Shown: positions 29,340-39,521 of the stretch, piece by piece
Numbering within the stretch: position 1 is the stretch's first letter
Layout: every line of letters starts with the position of its first letter
NCBI GenBank assembly: GCA_963665465.1
Contig: OY762226.1
Coordinates: 4,741,177 to 4,805,176, forward strand
Reading direction: 5' to 3'
DNA from: Vicinamibacterales bacterium
GTDB lineage: Bacteria > Acidobacteriota > Vicinamibacteria > Vicinamibacterales > UBA8438
Length of the DNA: 64,000 nucleotides
Translations under genes and position numbers: made by a program
Notes under the pieces: generated by a model
What the model was told of the DNA's origin: nothing
The model's database searches: none
The model's input: the letters and a program-made list of their open reading frames with translations, nothing else

Positions 29340-31838
29340 ATGAGCAGGGTCGTCATCGGCGGCTGCGGGCTGGTGCTGGCCGGCGTCTGGGCGCTCGGTC
29401 TGCCGGCCCCCGTTTCGGCGGCGCCGCGCGCCCCCGTCGGGCAGGGGCGCGCGGCGGCCGAGTCGTCCGCGGCCGCCCCGCAGGCCCTGCTGAACCGGTA
29501 CTGCCTCACCTGCCACAACGAGCGGCTGAACACCGGCGGGCTGGCGCTCGACCGCCTCGACCCGGCCGACGTGGGCGCGGCGCCCGCACGCTGGGAAGCG
29601 GTCGTCGAGAAGCTGCGCGCGGGCATGATGCCGCCCCCGGGGCGGCCCCGGCCCGCGCCGGCCGAGGCCGAGCGCCTCCGCCGCTGGCTGGAGGCGGCGC
29701 TCGACCGCGCGGCCGCCGCCAGCCCCGAGCCGGGCCGCGTGCCGACCCACCGCCTGAATCGCGCCGAGTACGCCAACGCCGTCCGCGATCTGCTCGCCCT
29801 CGAGGTGGACGGCGGCGCGCTCCTGCCGGCGGACGTCGCCGGCCACGGGTTCGACAACCTGGCCGGAACGCTCACGCTGTCGCCGTCGCTCATGGAGCGC
29901 TACCTGTCGGCGGCCCGCCGCATCAGCCGCCTGGCCGTCGGCGATCCCGGCATCGGGCCCGGCTTCACGTCGCGTGCCTACGCGGTGCCGATCGACATGA
30001 CCCAGAACGAGCGCATGAGCGAGGATCTGCCGTTCGGGTCGCGGGCCGGCATCGCCGTCCGGCATCGTTTTCCGCTCGACGGCGACTACGACCTCAGGAT
30101 CCGGCTCAAGCGCAGCGTCTACGAGTACATCGTCAACCTCGAGGAGGCGCACGATCTCGAGGTGCGTCTCGACGGCACGCGGGTGGCCCTCTACACGATT
30201 GGCGGCGAGGCGCCCGGCAGGCCCGCCCCGCTGACCTTCTCGGGCACGTTCATGGCGGCGGGCGGCGCCGGCTATCCCACGCAGGACTGGGACGACTACT
30301 ACACCGGGGCCGACGCGGGTCTCGAGCTGCGCGTCCCGGTGAGGGCCGGCACGCGGCTGGTCGGCGTTGCCTTCATCGGCAAGTCGTGGGAGGAGGAGGG
30401 CGTCCTCCAGCCCTCGCTGCGCGAGTACGGCGCGACGGTGACCGAGCTCACCGACACGTCCCCGCGGCCCGAGGGACCGGGGATCGAGAGCGTGTCGATC
30501 GACGGGCCGTACAACGTGACCGGTGCCGGCGACACCGCCAGCCGCGAGCGCATCTTCACCTGCCGCCCGCCGGCCGGCGACGCGGCGGCGGAGGCCGGTT
30601 GCGCGCGGACGATCTTCTCGACGCTGACGCGGCGCGCCTACCGGCGGCCGGTGACGGCGGACGACCTCGCGCCGCTGATGCCGTTCTACGACGCCGCGCA
30701 CGCGGCGGGCGGCTTCGAGGCCGGCATCCGGGCCGGGCTCGAACGCATCCTGATCGACCCCGAGTTCCTGTTCCGCATCGAGCGCGATCCCGAGGACGCG
30801 GCGTCCGGCGGCATCTATCGGCTCGGCGGCCTCGAGCTGGCCTCCCGCCTGTCGTTCTTCCTGTGGAGCAGCATTCCGGACGACGAGCTGCTGGCGCTGG
30901 CCGCGCGCGGCGCGCTCGACGATCCCGGCGTCCTCGAGCGCCAGGTGCGCCGGATGCTGGCCGACCGCCGCGCGCGGGCGCTCGTCGACAACTTCGCCGG
31001 TCAGTGGCTCGCCATCCGCAACGTGCAGGGGCTGGTGCCCGACCCCAATCTCTTCCCGCACTTCGACGAGAACCTCCGCGAGGCCTTCCGGCAGGAGACC
31101 GAGCTGTTCGTCGAGAGCCAGCTGCGCGAGGACCGCAGCGTCGTCGAGCTGTTGACGGCCGACTACACGTTCCTGAACGAGCGGCTGGCGCGGCACTACG
31201 GCATCCCCGGCGTGCACGGCAACCGCTACCGCCGGGTGCGCCTGACCGACGAGCGGCGCGGCGGGCTGCTGGGGCACGGCAGCGTCCTGTCGGTCACTTC
31301 CTACGGCAACCGCACGTCGCCGGTCCTGCGCGCCAAGTGGGTGCTCGAGAACCTGCTGGGTACGCCGCCGCCGCCGCCGCCCGCCGACGTGCCGGGTCTG
31401 CCCGACAGCGGCGAGCACGGCGAGCCGCAGACGGTCAGGGAGCGTCTGGCCCAGCACCGGCGCAACCCGGTCTGCGCGAGCTGCCATGCGCCGATGGACC
31501 CCCTCGGATTCGCGCTCGAGAACTTCGACGCGGTGGGGGGGTGGCGCACCCACGACGCGGGGCTGCCGGTCGACGCGTCCGGGGTCCTGACCGACGGCAC
31601 GCGCTTCGACGGGCCAGCGGAGCTGCGCGCGGCGTTGGCCGCGCGCCGGGAGCAGTTCGTCGAGACGCTCACCGAAAAGCTGCTGACGTACGCGCTGGGC
31701 CGGGGGCTCGAGGCGTACGACCGTCCGGTGGTGCGGGCGATCGCCCGCGAGTCCGCCGCCGACGACTACCGCTGGTCGGCCATCGTTCTGGGCATCGTCC
31801 GCAGCACGCCGTTCCAGATGCGGAGGTCCGAGTCATGA
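29340..31838 (+). CDS. DUF1592-family protein with c-type haem motif (triad 2)
   Basis: ORF 29328-31838; ATG at 29340. Motifs: RYCLTCHNER, ILIDPEFLFRIE, FFLWSSIPDDELL, RNPVCASCHAPMDPLGFALENFD. Confidence 0.85.
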   Translation: MSRVVIGGCGLVLAGVWALGLPAPVSAAPRAPVGQGRAAAESSAAAPQALLNRYCLTCHNERLNTGGLALDRLDPADVGAAPARWEAVVEKLRAGMMPPPGRPRPAPAEAERLRRWLEAALDRAAAASPEPGRVPTHRLNRAEYANAVRDLLALEVDGGALLPADVAGHGFDNLAGTLTLSPSLMERYLSAARRISRLAVGDPGIGPGFTSRAYAVPIDMTQNERMSEDLPFGSRAGIAVRHRFPLDGDYDLRIRLKRSVYEYIVNLEEAHDLEVRLDGTRVALYTIGGEAPGRPAPLTFSGTFMAAGGAGYPTQDWDDYYTGADAGLELRVPVRAGTRLVGVAFIGKSWEEEGVLQPSLREYGATVTELTDTSPRPEGPGIESVSIDGPYNVTGAGDTASRERIFTCRPPAGDAAAEAGCARTIFSTLTRRAYRRPVTADDLAPLMPFYDAAHAAGGFEAGIRAGLERILIDPEFLFRIERDPEDAASGGIYRLGGLELASRLSFFLWSSIPDDELLALAARGALDDPGVLERQVRRMLADRRARALVDNFAGQWLAIRNVQGLVPDPNLFPHFDENLREAFRQETELFVESQLREDRSVVELLTADYTFLNERLARHYGIPGVHGNRYRRVRLTDERRGGLLGHGSVLSVTSYGNRTSPVLRAKWVLENLLGTPPPPPPADVPGLPDSGEHGEPQTVRERLAQHRRNPVCASCHAPMDPLGFALENFDAVGGWRTHDAGLPVDASGVLTDGTRFDGPAELRAALAARREQFVETLTEKLLTYALGRGLEAYDRPVVRAIARESAADDYRWSAIVLGIVRSTPFQMRRSES

Positions 31839-33184
31839 TTGTCACCCGCAAGGCTCTCCCGCGGCGCACGGTGCTGCGCGGCATCGGCGCGGCGGTGGCG
31901 CTGCCGCTCCTCGACGGCATGGTGCCGGCGCTCACGGCGCTGACGCGCACGGCCGCGCGGCCCATCCAGCGGTTCGGCGTGGTCTACATCCCGAACGGCG
32001 TGGTCATCGACAACTGGACGCCGGCGGCCGACGGGGCCGGCTTCGAGTTCACGCCGACGCTCAGGCCGCTGGAGCCGTTTCGCGAGCGGCTGCTCGTCGT
32101 GAGCGGCCTGACCCAGAACAAGAACGGGCTCGCCGCCAGGAGCGGCGCGGTGCACGGCCGCTGCGCGACCAAGTACCTGACGGGAGCCATTCCCCGGCCG
32201 TTCGGCCAGGAGGGCAACGATTTCCGCGCGGACGTCTCGGTCGACCAGCTCCTGGCGAACGAGCTCGGCCGCGAGACGCAGCTCGGCTCGCTCGAGCTGT
32301 CGCTGGAGTCGGGCGACAAGGGGGCCGGGACGTGCGACGGCGGCTACAGCTGCACCTACAGCCACACGTTGTCCTGGCGCGGCCCGACCACGCCGCTGCC
32401 GATGGAGCACAATCCGCGGGTCGTCTTCGAGCGCATGTTCGGCGACGGCGGCAGCACCGATCCCGCCGCCCGGGCGGCGCGCTTCGCGAGCGACCGCAGC
32501 CTGCTCGACTCGGTCACCCGCAAGGTCGCCGATCTGCGCCGCGGCCTCGGCCCCAGCGATGCCGGCAAGCTCACCGAGTACCTGGATGCCGTGCGCGACA
32601 TAGAGCGCCGCATCCAGCTCGCCGAGCGGCAGGCGGGCCGCGAGCTGCCCGCGTTCGACCAGCCCGCCGGCGTGCCGCCCACGTTCGCCGATCACGCGCG
32701 CCTGATGTTCGACCTGCAGGTGCTCGCGTACCAGAGCGATCTGACGCGCGTCATCACCTTCATGGTCGGCCGCGAGTTCAGCAGCCGCACGTACCCGGAG
32801 ATCGGGGCGCCGGGCGGGCACCATCCGCTGTCGCACGAGCACAGCCCCGAGAGCCAGCGGCAGCTCGCCGCCATCAACCTGCACCACGCCGAGCAGGTGG
32901 CCTACTACCTCGACCGGCTGCAAGCGACGCCCGACGGCGACGGCACGCTGCTGGATCACGTGCTGCTCTACTACGGCGCGGGCATGTGCGAGGGCGACCA
33001 CCAGCCCTGGAACCTGCCCCTGGTGCTGGCGGGCGGCGGGGCCGGCCGGTTCGGGGGCGGACGGCACCTGCGCTATCCGGACGAGCCGCCGCTGGCGAAC
33101 CTGCACCTGACCATCCTCGAGAAGTTCGGCATGCGCATGGACCGGATCCATGACAGCACGGGGCGCCTCGACCTGGCCGCGTAG
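31835..33184 (+). CDS. DUF1552-family protein with Tat-type signal (triad 2)
   Basis: Real part of ORF 30386-33184. MIVTRKALPRRTVLRGIGAAVALPLLDGM...GTCDGGYSCTYSHTLSW...LTRVITFMVGRE. Its start overlaps the upstream stop (ATGA). Confidence 0.85.
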   Translation: MIVTRKALPRRTVLRGIGAAVALPLLDGMVPALTALTRTAARPIQRFGVVYIPNGVVIDNWTPAADGAGFEFTPTLRPLEPFRERLLVVSGLTQNKNGLAARSGAVHGRCATKYLTGAIPRPFGQEGNDFRADVSVDQLLANELGRETQLGSLELSLESGDKGAGTCDGGYSCTYSHTLSWRGPTTPLPMEHNPRVVFERMFGDGGSTDPAARAARFASDRSLLDSVTRKVADLRRGLGPSDAGKLTEYLDAVRDIERRIQLAERQAGRELPAFDQPAGVPPTFADHARLMFDLQVLAYQSDLTRVITFMVGREFSSRTYPEIGAPGGHHPLSHEHSPESQRQLAAINLHHAEQVAYYLDRLQATPDGDGTLLDHVLLYYGAGMCEGDHQPWNLPLVLAGGGAGRFGGGRHLRYPDEPPLANLHLTILEKFGMRMDRIHDSTGRLDLAA

Positions 33185-35117
33185 CCACGGCTGGAAGCTG
33201 TCCGGCCGCTGCCGCGTCGGGCTGCTGGCGCTCGCGATGGCGGTCGCAGCGGCAGCCGCGGCGGGCGGCCAGGCCGGGTCCCCGCAGCGGCTGGTCGACG
33301 CCGTGAAGGCGCGCGACGCGGCGGCCGTGCGCGCGCTGCTGGCCGCCGGCGCCGACGTGAACGAGCCGCAGGCCGACGGCGCGACCGCGCTCCACTGGGC
33401 GGCCCACTGGGAGGACCTCGACACCGCCCGGCTGCTGCTCGCGGCGGGGGCCGAGGCCGGTGTCGCGAACGGGCTGGGGATGACCCCGCTGCTCATGGCC
33501 GGCGCCAACGGCCAGGCCGGGCTGGTGGAGGCGCTGCTGGCCGCCGGCGCCGATCCCGATGCTGCGCTCACGAGCGGCGAGACCCCGCTCATGGCGGCCT
33601 CGCGGGCCGGCAGCGCCGCGGCGGTCGAGAGCCTGCTGCGGCGCGGCGCCGACGCGAACGCCACGGAGCACACGCGCGGGCAGTCGGCGTTGATGTGGGC
33701 CGTCGCCAACGGCCACCCCGGCGTCGCGGCGGCGCTGATCGCGCACGGGGCCGACATCCGGGCCAGGTCCGAGGTCCGCTACCGCGTCTACAACATGGGC
33801 GGCAACCGGTCCGCCGGCTCGGCCTCGGCCGGGATTCCGTTGCGGCGGATCGCCATCGGCGGCAGCACGCCGCTGCTCTTCGCGGCCCGCTCGGGCGACG
33901 TCGAGTCGGCCCGGCTGCTGCTCGACGCCGGCGCCGATCTGCACGACCCCGCGGCCGACGGCAACGTCCCGCTGGTGATTGCCGCACACAGCGGGCACGG
34001 AACGCTCGCCGCGTTCCTGCTCGAGCGCGGCGCCGACCCCGACGCCGCGCCCCTGGGCTACACCGCGCTGCACGCCGCGGTGCTGCGCGGCAACCTGCGC
34101 GACCGCCGCGTGCGCAACCCCGATCCGGGGGCCGGCCTGACGCTGGTCGAGGAGCTGCTGGCGCACGGCGCCGATCCGAACGCGAGGCTCGCGCAGCCGA
34201 CGCCGGTCAGGCGCTGGAGCCACGACTTCGCCCTGATGAACCGCTGGCTCGGGGCCACCCCGTACTGGCTGGCCGCCAAGTTCCTCGAAACCGACATGAT
34301 GCGGGCGCTGGCGGCTGCCGGCGCCGACACCCGGCTGGCCAGCGACGACGGCACGACGCCGCTGATGGCGGCCGCCGGCCTGGGCTACAGCCGCGGCGGC
34401 GGCAGCGCGTTCATCAAGGACCGGCGCGACTTCTCGTCGTACAACCCGGTCGCGTCGGCCGAGCAGGGGTCGCGCATCCCGGCGGCCGAAGAGCGGCTTG
34501 CCCGCGACGCCGTCGCGCTGGCCATCGAGCTGGGCGGCGATCCGGCCGCGGCCAACGCGGGGGGCGACACGGCGCTGCATGCCGCCGCGTCCCACGGCAT
34601 GAACAGCGTGATCGAGCTGCTGGTCGAGCACGGCGCCGACCCGCACGCCGCGAACGAGCGGGGCCGGACGCCGGTCGAGATGGCCGTCTACCGCGAGGGC
34701 ATCGCCGGCGCCGCCCTGGTCCGGGAGAGCACGGTCGGCCTGCTCCGCGAGCTGGACCCGGACCGGCATCCGGCCGGGCCGCACGAGCATCCGGATGCGC
34801 AATCGATCGCGAACCCGGTGCAGGGCACGCCGGCATCGCTGGCCGCGGGCGCCGCCGCCTACGACCGCCTGTGCGCCACCTGCCACGGACCGACGGGGCG
34901 GGGCGACGGCCGGCTGGCCAGCGCCGCGGCCGCGTACGGCGCGCGGCCGTCGAACCTGGCCGACGGCGTCTGGCAGCACGGGTCGAGCGACGGCGAGATC
35001 TTCGCCGTGATCCGCGACGGCGTCGGCCCCGATTTCGCCATGGACGCCTTCGGCGGACCGCTCGCCGACGAGGAGATCTGGCACGTCGTCAACTACGTGA
35101 AGAGCCTGGGTCGGTAG
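33150..35117 (+). CDS. Exported ankyrin-repeat protein with a C-terminal cytochrome c domain (triad 2)
   Basis: Ankyrin repeats as in 21995-23506, plus the C-terminal GAAAYDRLCATCHGPTGRGDG...EIWHVVNYVKSL. The start is uncertain: ATG 33150 overlaps DUF1552 by 35 nt, and ATG 33237 is the alternative. Confidence 0.75.
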   Translation: MTARGASTWPRSHGWKLSGRCRVGLLALAMAVAAAAAAGGQAGSPQRLVDAVKARDAAAVRALLAAGADVNEPQADGATALHWAAHWEDLDTARLLLAAGAEAGVANGLGMTPLLMAGANGQAGLVEALLAAGADPDAALTSGETPLMAASRAGSAAAVESLLRRGADANATEHTRGQSALMWAVANGHPGVAAALIAHGADIRARSEVRYRVYNMGGNRSAGSASAGIPLRRIAIGGSTPLLFAARSGDVESARLLLDAGADLHDPAADGNVPLVIAAHSGHGTLAAFLLERGADPDAAPLGYTALHAAVLRGNLRDRRVRNPDPGAGLTLVEELLAHGADPNARLAQPTPVRRWSHDFALMNRWLGATPYWLAAKFLETDMMRALAAAGADTRLASDDGTTPLMAAAGLGYSRGGGSAFIKDRRDFSSYNPVASAEQGSRIPAAEERLARDAVALAIELGGDPAAANAGGDTALHAAASHGMNSVIELLVEHGADPHAANERGRTPVEMAVYREGIAGAALVRESTVGLLRELDPDRHPAGPHEHPDAQSIANPVQGTPASLAAGAAAYDRLCATCHGPTGRGDGRLASAAAAYGARPSNLADGVWQHGSSDGEIFAVIRDGVGPDFAMDAFGGPLADEEIWHVVNYVKSLGR

Positions 35118-35134
35118 TCATCGGGAGGAGGGCC

Positions 35135-36364
35135 GTGTCTGTGATCAGCTCGCGCCGCAGTATCGGCGTCGTCGGTTTCTTCGTGATCGGAGCCATGCTC
35201 GCCGGCGGCTCGCAGCAGGCCGCCGCGCAGGTCCGCCCGGACGCGCCGGGCAGCGCGCCGCTCGTGCGGCTAAACGAGCCGCGCATTGCGCCGCTGCCCG
35301 AGGCCGAGTGGACGGCGGAGCAGCGCGCGCTGGTGGAGCGCTACGCGGCGCAGGTGCGCATCGGCAACGCGTTCCGCACGATGCTGCGCGTCCCGGAGCT
35401 CGTCGAGGCGGTGATGCCGTTCGTCCTCTTCACCTCGATGGACTCGAGCCTGTCGGCGCGCCACCGGGGGCTGCTGATCCTGCGCACGGCGTGGCTCACG
35501 CAGTCGAGCTACTTGTGGGCGGACCACGTGCCGACGGCCCGCGCGGCCGGCCTCGTGCCCGACGAGGTGCGCCGCGTCGCGCTGGGCCCGGACGCGGCCG
35601 GGTGGGATCCGTTCGAGGCCGCGCTGGTCCGCCTGGCCGACGAGCAGTACGTCAACTCGTCGGTGCGCGACGCGACGTGGGACACGCTGGCCGGGCGCTA
35701 CGACTTGTACGAGCTCTTCGACGCGGTGATGGCGGTCAACGAGACCACGCTGATCGCCATGCTCTACAACTCGTGGGGCGTGCAGCCGGACGACAACGCG
35801 CGGGCGCGCTTCCCGGCCGACGTGCCCTACCGGCTCGACGTGCCGGCGCCCGAGCCGCCGCTCGCCGCGCCGCGCGTGGCGCCGCTGGAGGGTGAAGGGA
35901 TCCGCGTGCGCCGCACGTTCGCGCGCTACCCGGCGCTGCAGGCGGCCCGCAACGGGCAGTCGGGGTACGTCAACCGCATCTCGCCCCTGACGCCGTACTT
36001 CCGCGAGTTGCTGATCCTGCGCATCGGCTGGAACTGCCAGGCGGTCTACGAGTGGGCCAAGCACGTCGGCAGCGTCGGGCGCGCGCGCGACCACGGCCTC
36101 GAGCCGGAACGGATCGCGCTGGGGCCCGCCGCCGGCTGGGACGACTTCGAGGCGGCCCACATCCACGCCGCGGACGAGATCTACCGCGACGGGATCGTCG
36201 CGCAGGACACCTGGGACGCGCTGGCCGCGCGTTACGACACGCGCGAGATGATGAGCGTCGTCATGACCGTCGCCAACTACCGGCTCGTGTCGATGTCGCT
36301 CAATGCGCTCGGGGTCCAGCCGCAGGCGACCGACGAGCTGTTTCCCGACGTGGCCGTGCCCTGA
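35135..36364 (+). CDS. Carboxymuconolactone decarboxylase (AhpD-like) family protein, two tandem domains, exported
   Basis: Real part of ORF 33695-36364. GTG at 35135 or 35141 follows GGGAGGAGGG. Two repeats of the pattern [19 protein letters not shown] / [19 protein letters not shown]. Confidence 0.65.
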   Translation: MSVISSRRSIGVVGFFVIGAMLAGGSQQAAAQVRPDAPGSAPLVRLNEPRIAPLPEAEWTAEQRALVERYAAQVRIGNAFRTMLRVPELVEAVMPFVLFTSMDSSLSARHRGLLILRTAWLTQSSYLWADHVPTARAAGLVPDEVRRVALGPDAAGWDPFEAALVRLADEQYVNSSVRDATWDTLAGRYDLYELFDAVMAVNETTLIAMLYNSWGVQPDDNARARFPADVPYRLDVPAPEPPLAAPRVAPLEGEGIRVRRTFARYPALQAARNGQSGYVNRISPLTPYFRELLILRIGWNCQAVYEWAKHVGSVGRARDHGLEPERIALGPAAGWDDFEAAHIHAADEIYRDGIVAQDTWDALAARYDTREMMSVVMTVANYRLVSMSLNALGVQPQATDELFPDVAVP

Positions 36365-36383
36365 CGGTTCGCCCCGGGCTCCC

Positions 36384-37871
36384 ATGCGCAAGCTCGAGCT
36401 GTTCATCGACGGCCGATTCGTCGAGAGCCGCGCCGGCGGCATCGACGTGACCGATCCAGCCACGCAGGAAGTGCTCTGCGAGGTGCCCTTCGCCACCCCC
36501 GACGAGGTGGACCGCGCGGTCCGGGGCGCAAGCGCGGCGTTTCGGACCTGGCGCGGCGTGCCGACGCCGGAGCGCGCCCGGCTGCTGTTCGCCTACCAGG
36601 ACATCCTGAAGAAGAACCAGGACGACATCGCCCGCCTCCTGTGCCGGGATACCGGCAAGACCCGGGAGGATGCGCGCGGCGAGGTGTGGCGCGGCATCGA
36701 GGTGGTGGAGCACGCCTGCAGCATCGCCTCGCTGATGATGGGCGAGACCGTCGAGAACGTCGCCCGGGGCATCGACACCTACAGCCTGGTCCAGCCCCTG
36801 GGCGTCTGCGTCGGAATCACGCCGTTCAACTTCCCGGCCATGATTCCCCTGTGGATGTTCCCGCTGGCCGTCGCCTGCGGCAACACGTTCGTGCTGAAGC
36901 CCTCGGAGCAGGACCCGACCGTGCCCAACCGGCTGATGGAGCTGCTGGCCGAGGCGGGTGCGCCCGACGGGCTCGTGCAGGTGGTCCACGGCGGCCGGGA
37001 GCAGGTCGACGCCCTGCTGGCGCATCCGGACGTGCGCGCCGTCAGCTTCGTGGGCTCGGTGCCCGTCGCCCGCCAGATCTACGCGAAGGCCGCGGCGCAC
37101 GGCAAGCGCGTGCAGGCCCTGGGCGGCGCCAAGAACCACCTGGTGATCCTGCCCGACGCCGACAGGGAGCAGGCCATCGCGAGCCTGGTCGGGGCGGCCT
37201 GCGGCGCCGCGGGCCAGCGCTGCATGGCGATCAGCGCCGCGGTGCTGGTCGGCGAGGCCGCCGGCTGGCTGGACGAGCTGCGGGACGCGATGGCCGCGGT
37301 GCGTCCAGGTGCCTGGGACGACCCGGGTGCAGCCTACGGACCTCAGATCACCCGCGCGGCGCGGGAGCGGATACTGGGCTGCGTCGAGCGCGGCAAGGCG
37401 GAGGGCGCGCGCTGCCTGCTCGACGGGACCGGCTGCGAGGTGGCCGGCTATCCCGACGGCAACTGGGTCGGCCCGACGCTGTTCGCCGGCGTCACGCCGG
37501 ACATGTCCATCTACACCGACGAGATCTTCGGCCCCGTGCTGGTGGCCTCCGAGGTCGCGACCCTCGACGACGCCATCGAGCTGGTCAACGCCAATCCGTA
37601 CGGCAACGGCGTGTCGCTGTTCACGTCGTCGGGCGGGGCCGCCCGACGCTTCCAGCGCGAGATCGAGGTGGGGCAGGTGGGCATCAACGTCCCGATCCCC
37701 GTGCCGCTGCCGTTCTTCTCCTTCACCGGCTGGAAGGACTCGTTCTTCGGCGACCAGCACGCCTACGGCAAGCAGGCCGTGCGCTTCTACACGGAGACCA
37801 AGACCGTGACCGCCCGCTGGTTCGACGCGGCGCCGGCCGACCGGCCCAACATGACCATCCGGCTGAGGTAG
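36384..37871 (+). CDS. mmsA: CoA-acylating methylmalonate-semialdehyde dehydrogenase
   Basis: ORF 36303-37871, trimmed to [15 protein letters not shown]. Motifs: [66 protein letters not shown]. Confidence 0.85.
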   Translation: MRKLELFIDGRFVESRAGGIDVTDPATQEVLCEVPFATPDEVDRAVRGASAAFRTWRGVPTPERARLLFAYQDILKKNQDDIARLLCRDTGKTREDARGEVWRGIEVVEHACSIASLMMGETVENVARGIDTYSLVQPLGVCVGITPFNFPAMIPLWMFPLAVACGNTFVLKPSEQDPTVPNRLMELLAEAGAPDGLVQVVHGGREQVDALLAHPDVRAVSFVGSVPVARQIYAKAAAHGKRVQALGGAKNHLVILPDADREQAIASLVGAACGAAGQRCMAISAAVLVGEAAGWLDELRDAMAAVRPGAWDDPGAAYGPQITRAARERILGCVERGKAEGARCLLDGTGCEVAGYPDGNWVGPTLFAGVTPDMSIYTDEIFGPVLVASEVATLDDAIELVNANPYGNGVSLFTSSGGAARRFQREIEVGQVGINVPIPVPLPFFSFTGWKDSFFGDQHAYGKQAVRFYTETKTVTARWFDAAPADRPNMTIRLR

Positions 37872-37917
37872 GAGGCGACTACCGTCGGGTAACCGGATTC
37901 CCGTCTCCCGACCCCGG

Positions 37918-39201
37918 CTACCGCCGGTCCATCGCCACGTAGTCGCGCTCGCCGGCGCCGAGGTAGATCTGGCGCGGGCGTGCGATCTTCTGCTCCTTGT
38001 CGGCGAGCATCTCCTGCCATTGCGCGATCCAGCCCGGGGTGCGGCCAATCGCGAACAGCACGGTGAACACCGACGGCTTGAAGCCCATCGCCTCGTAGAT
38101 CAGCCCCGAGTAGAAGTCGACGTTCGGATACAGGCGGCGCGAGACGAAGTAGTCGTCCTGCAGCGCGATGCGCTCGAGCTCGATGGCGACGTCGAGCAGC
38201 GGGTTGCGCCCCGTTACCTCGAAGACACGGTGCGCCTGCTCCTTGATGACGGTCGCGCGCGGGTCGTACGACTTGTACACCCGGTGCCCGAAGCCCATCA
38301 GGCGGCCCTCGCCGGCCTTCACCTTGCGGATGAAGTCGGGCACGTTGTCGACCGAGCCGATGGCGGCGAGCATGCGCAGCACGGCTTCGTTGGCGCCGCC
38401 GTGCAGCGGGCCGTACAGCGCCGCCGCCGCGCCGGCCATGGCGGCGAAGGGGTCGGCCTGGGAGCTTCCGATGCCGCGCATCGCGCTCGTGCTGCAGTTC
38501 TGCTCGTGGTCCGCATGCAGGATGAACAGGATGTCGAGCGCGCGCTCGAGCACCGGGTCCGGGGCGTACCGGACGCCCGGCTGCCCGTGCAGCATGCCGA
38601 GGAAGCGCCCGGCGAAGCCGAGCGAGCCGTCCGGGTCGACGTACGGCTGGCCGTTGGCCCGCCGTACGGTGTACGCGGCGATGGCCGGCACCTTGGCGAT
38701 CAGCCGCGCCACCTGTATGCGGCGGGTGTCGTCGTCGAAGATCTGCTTGGCTTCCGGATAGCAGGTCGACAGCGCACCGACGGTGCTGAGGAAGACGCCC
38801 ATCGGATGCGCGTCGTTGTCGAACCCCTCCATCACCTTCCGGATGCTCTCGTGGAGCGCCGAGTGCTGGCCGAGCTCCGCCTCCCACGCCGCGAGCTCCC
38901 CGCTGCCGGGCAGCTCGCCGTTGAGCAGCAGGTACGCAGTTTCTGCGAAGGTGCTGTGCTCGGCGAGCTGCTCGATCGGGTAGCCGCGGTAGCGCAGGAT
39001 GCCCTTGTCACCGTCGATGAAGGTCACCCGGCTGCGGCAGGAGGCGGTGTTCTGAAACGCCGGGTCGTACGACATCATCCCGAACTCGTCTGCGTCCACC
39101 TTGATCTGCCGCAGGTCGAGGGCGCGAATCGTGCCGTCGGTGATCGGGATCTCGTACTGCTTGCCGGTGCGGTTGTCGGTGATTGTCAGCGTGTCGGGCA
39201 T
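37918..39201 (-). CDS. gltA: Citrate synthase (type II)
   Basis: Reads MPDTLTITDNRTGKQYEIPI...ILRYRGYPIEQLA...LFILHADHEQNCSTS...GPLHGGANE...GFGHRVYK. The ORF-track start at 39222 is TTG; ATG at 39201 is preferred. Confidence 0.9.
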   Translation of the reverse strand: MPDTLTITDNRTGKQYEIPITDGTIRALDLRQIKVDADEFGMMSYDPAFQNTASCRSRVTFIDGDKGILRYRGYPIEQLAEHSTFAETAYLLLNGELPGSGELAAWEAELGQHSALHESIRKVMEGFDNDAHPMGVFLSTVGALSTCYPEAKQIFDDDTRRIQVARLIAKVPAIAAYTVRRANGQPYVDPDGSLGFAGRFLGMLHGQPGVRYAPDPVLERALDILFILHADHEQNCSTSAMRGIGSSQADPFAAMAGAAAALYGPLHGGANEAVLRMLAAIGSVDNVPDFIRKVKAGEGRLMGFGHRVYKSYDPRATVIKEQAHRVFEVTGRNPLLDVAIELERIALQDDYFVSRRLYPNVDFYSGLIYEAMGFKPSVFTVLFAIGRTPGWIAQWQEMLADKEQKIARPRQIYLGAGERDYVAMDRR

Positions 39202-39218
39202 GCTCTCTGCTTCCTCGG

Positions 39219-39407
39219 TCAAGACTCTCCGTCAGCCAGCTCGTCGTCGTGCGGCAGGGACGATTCCGGGCGGCCCGGGACGCGGTAGCGCCCGTCCATC
39301 CAGTTGCCCAGGTCCAGCAGCTTGCAACGCTCGCAGCAAAAGGGATGCCAAGCCGGATCCACCGGCCGGAGACGGCATTGGACGCATCTTGCGCCGCGTT
39401 CTCCCAT
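39219..39407 (-). CDS. yacG: DNA gyrase inhibitor YacG (zinc-binding)
   Basis: ORF 39219-39515, trimmed to MGERGARCVQCRLRPVDPAWHPFCCERCKLLDLGNWMDGRYRVPG. Confidence 0.7.
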   Translation of the reverse strand: MGERGARCVQCRLRPVDPAWHPFCCERCKLLDLGNWMDGRYRVPGRPESSLPHDDELADGES

Positions 39408-39521
39408 GACAAGCCCCTGCTTCGCCCCCGGCGCGGCGCAGCTGTCGCTCCCCGGGCGGGCGGCTCCAGATACGCTCCCTCGGCGCCCCCTGCAGTGGCT
39501 GCGGGGTATCACCACGGGCTG

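Noticed and set aside
27290-29893. Upstream part of the 1675-aa minus-strand ORF 24866-29893
   Set aside because: It is antisense to the well-supported 27542-29293 gene and crosses an intergenic repeat. The DUF1592 protein starts at the signal peptide at 27289.
33695-35134. Upstream part of the 889-aa plus-strand ORF 33695-36364
   Set aside because: It is off-frame over the ankyrin/cytochrome c gene and Arg/Gly/Pro-rich. The CMD-family protein begins at the signal-like segment after GGGAGGAGGG, at 35135/35141.
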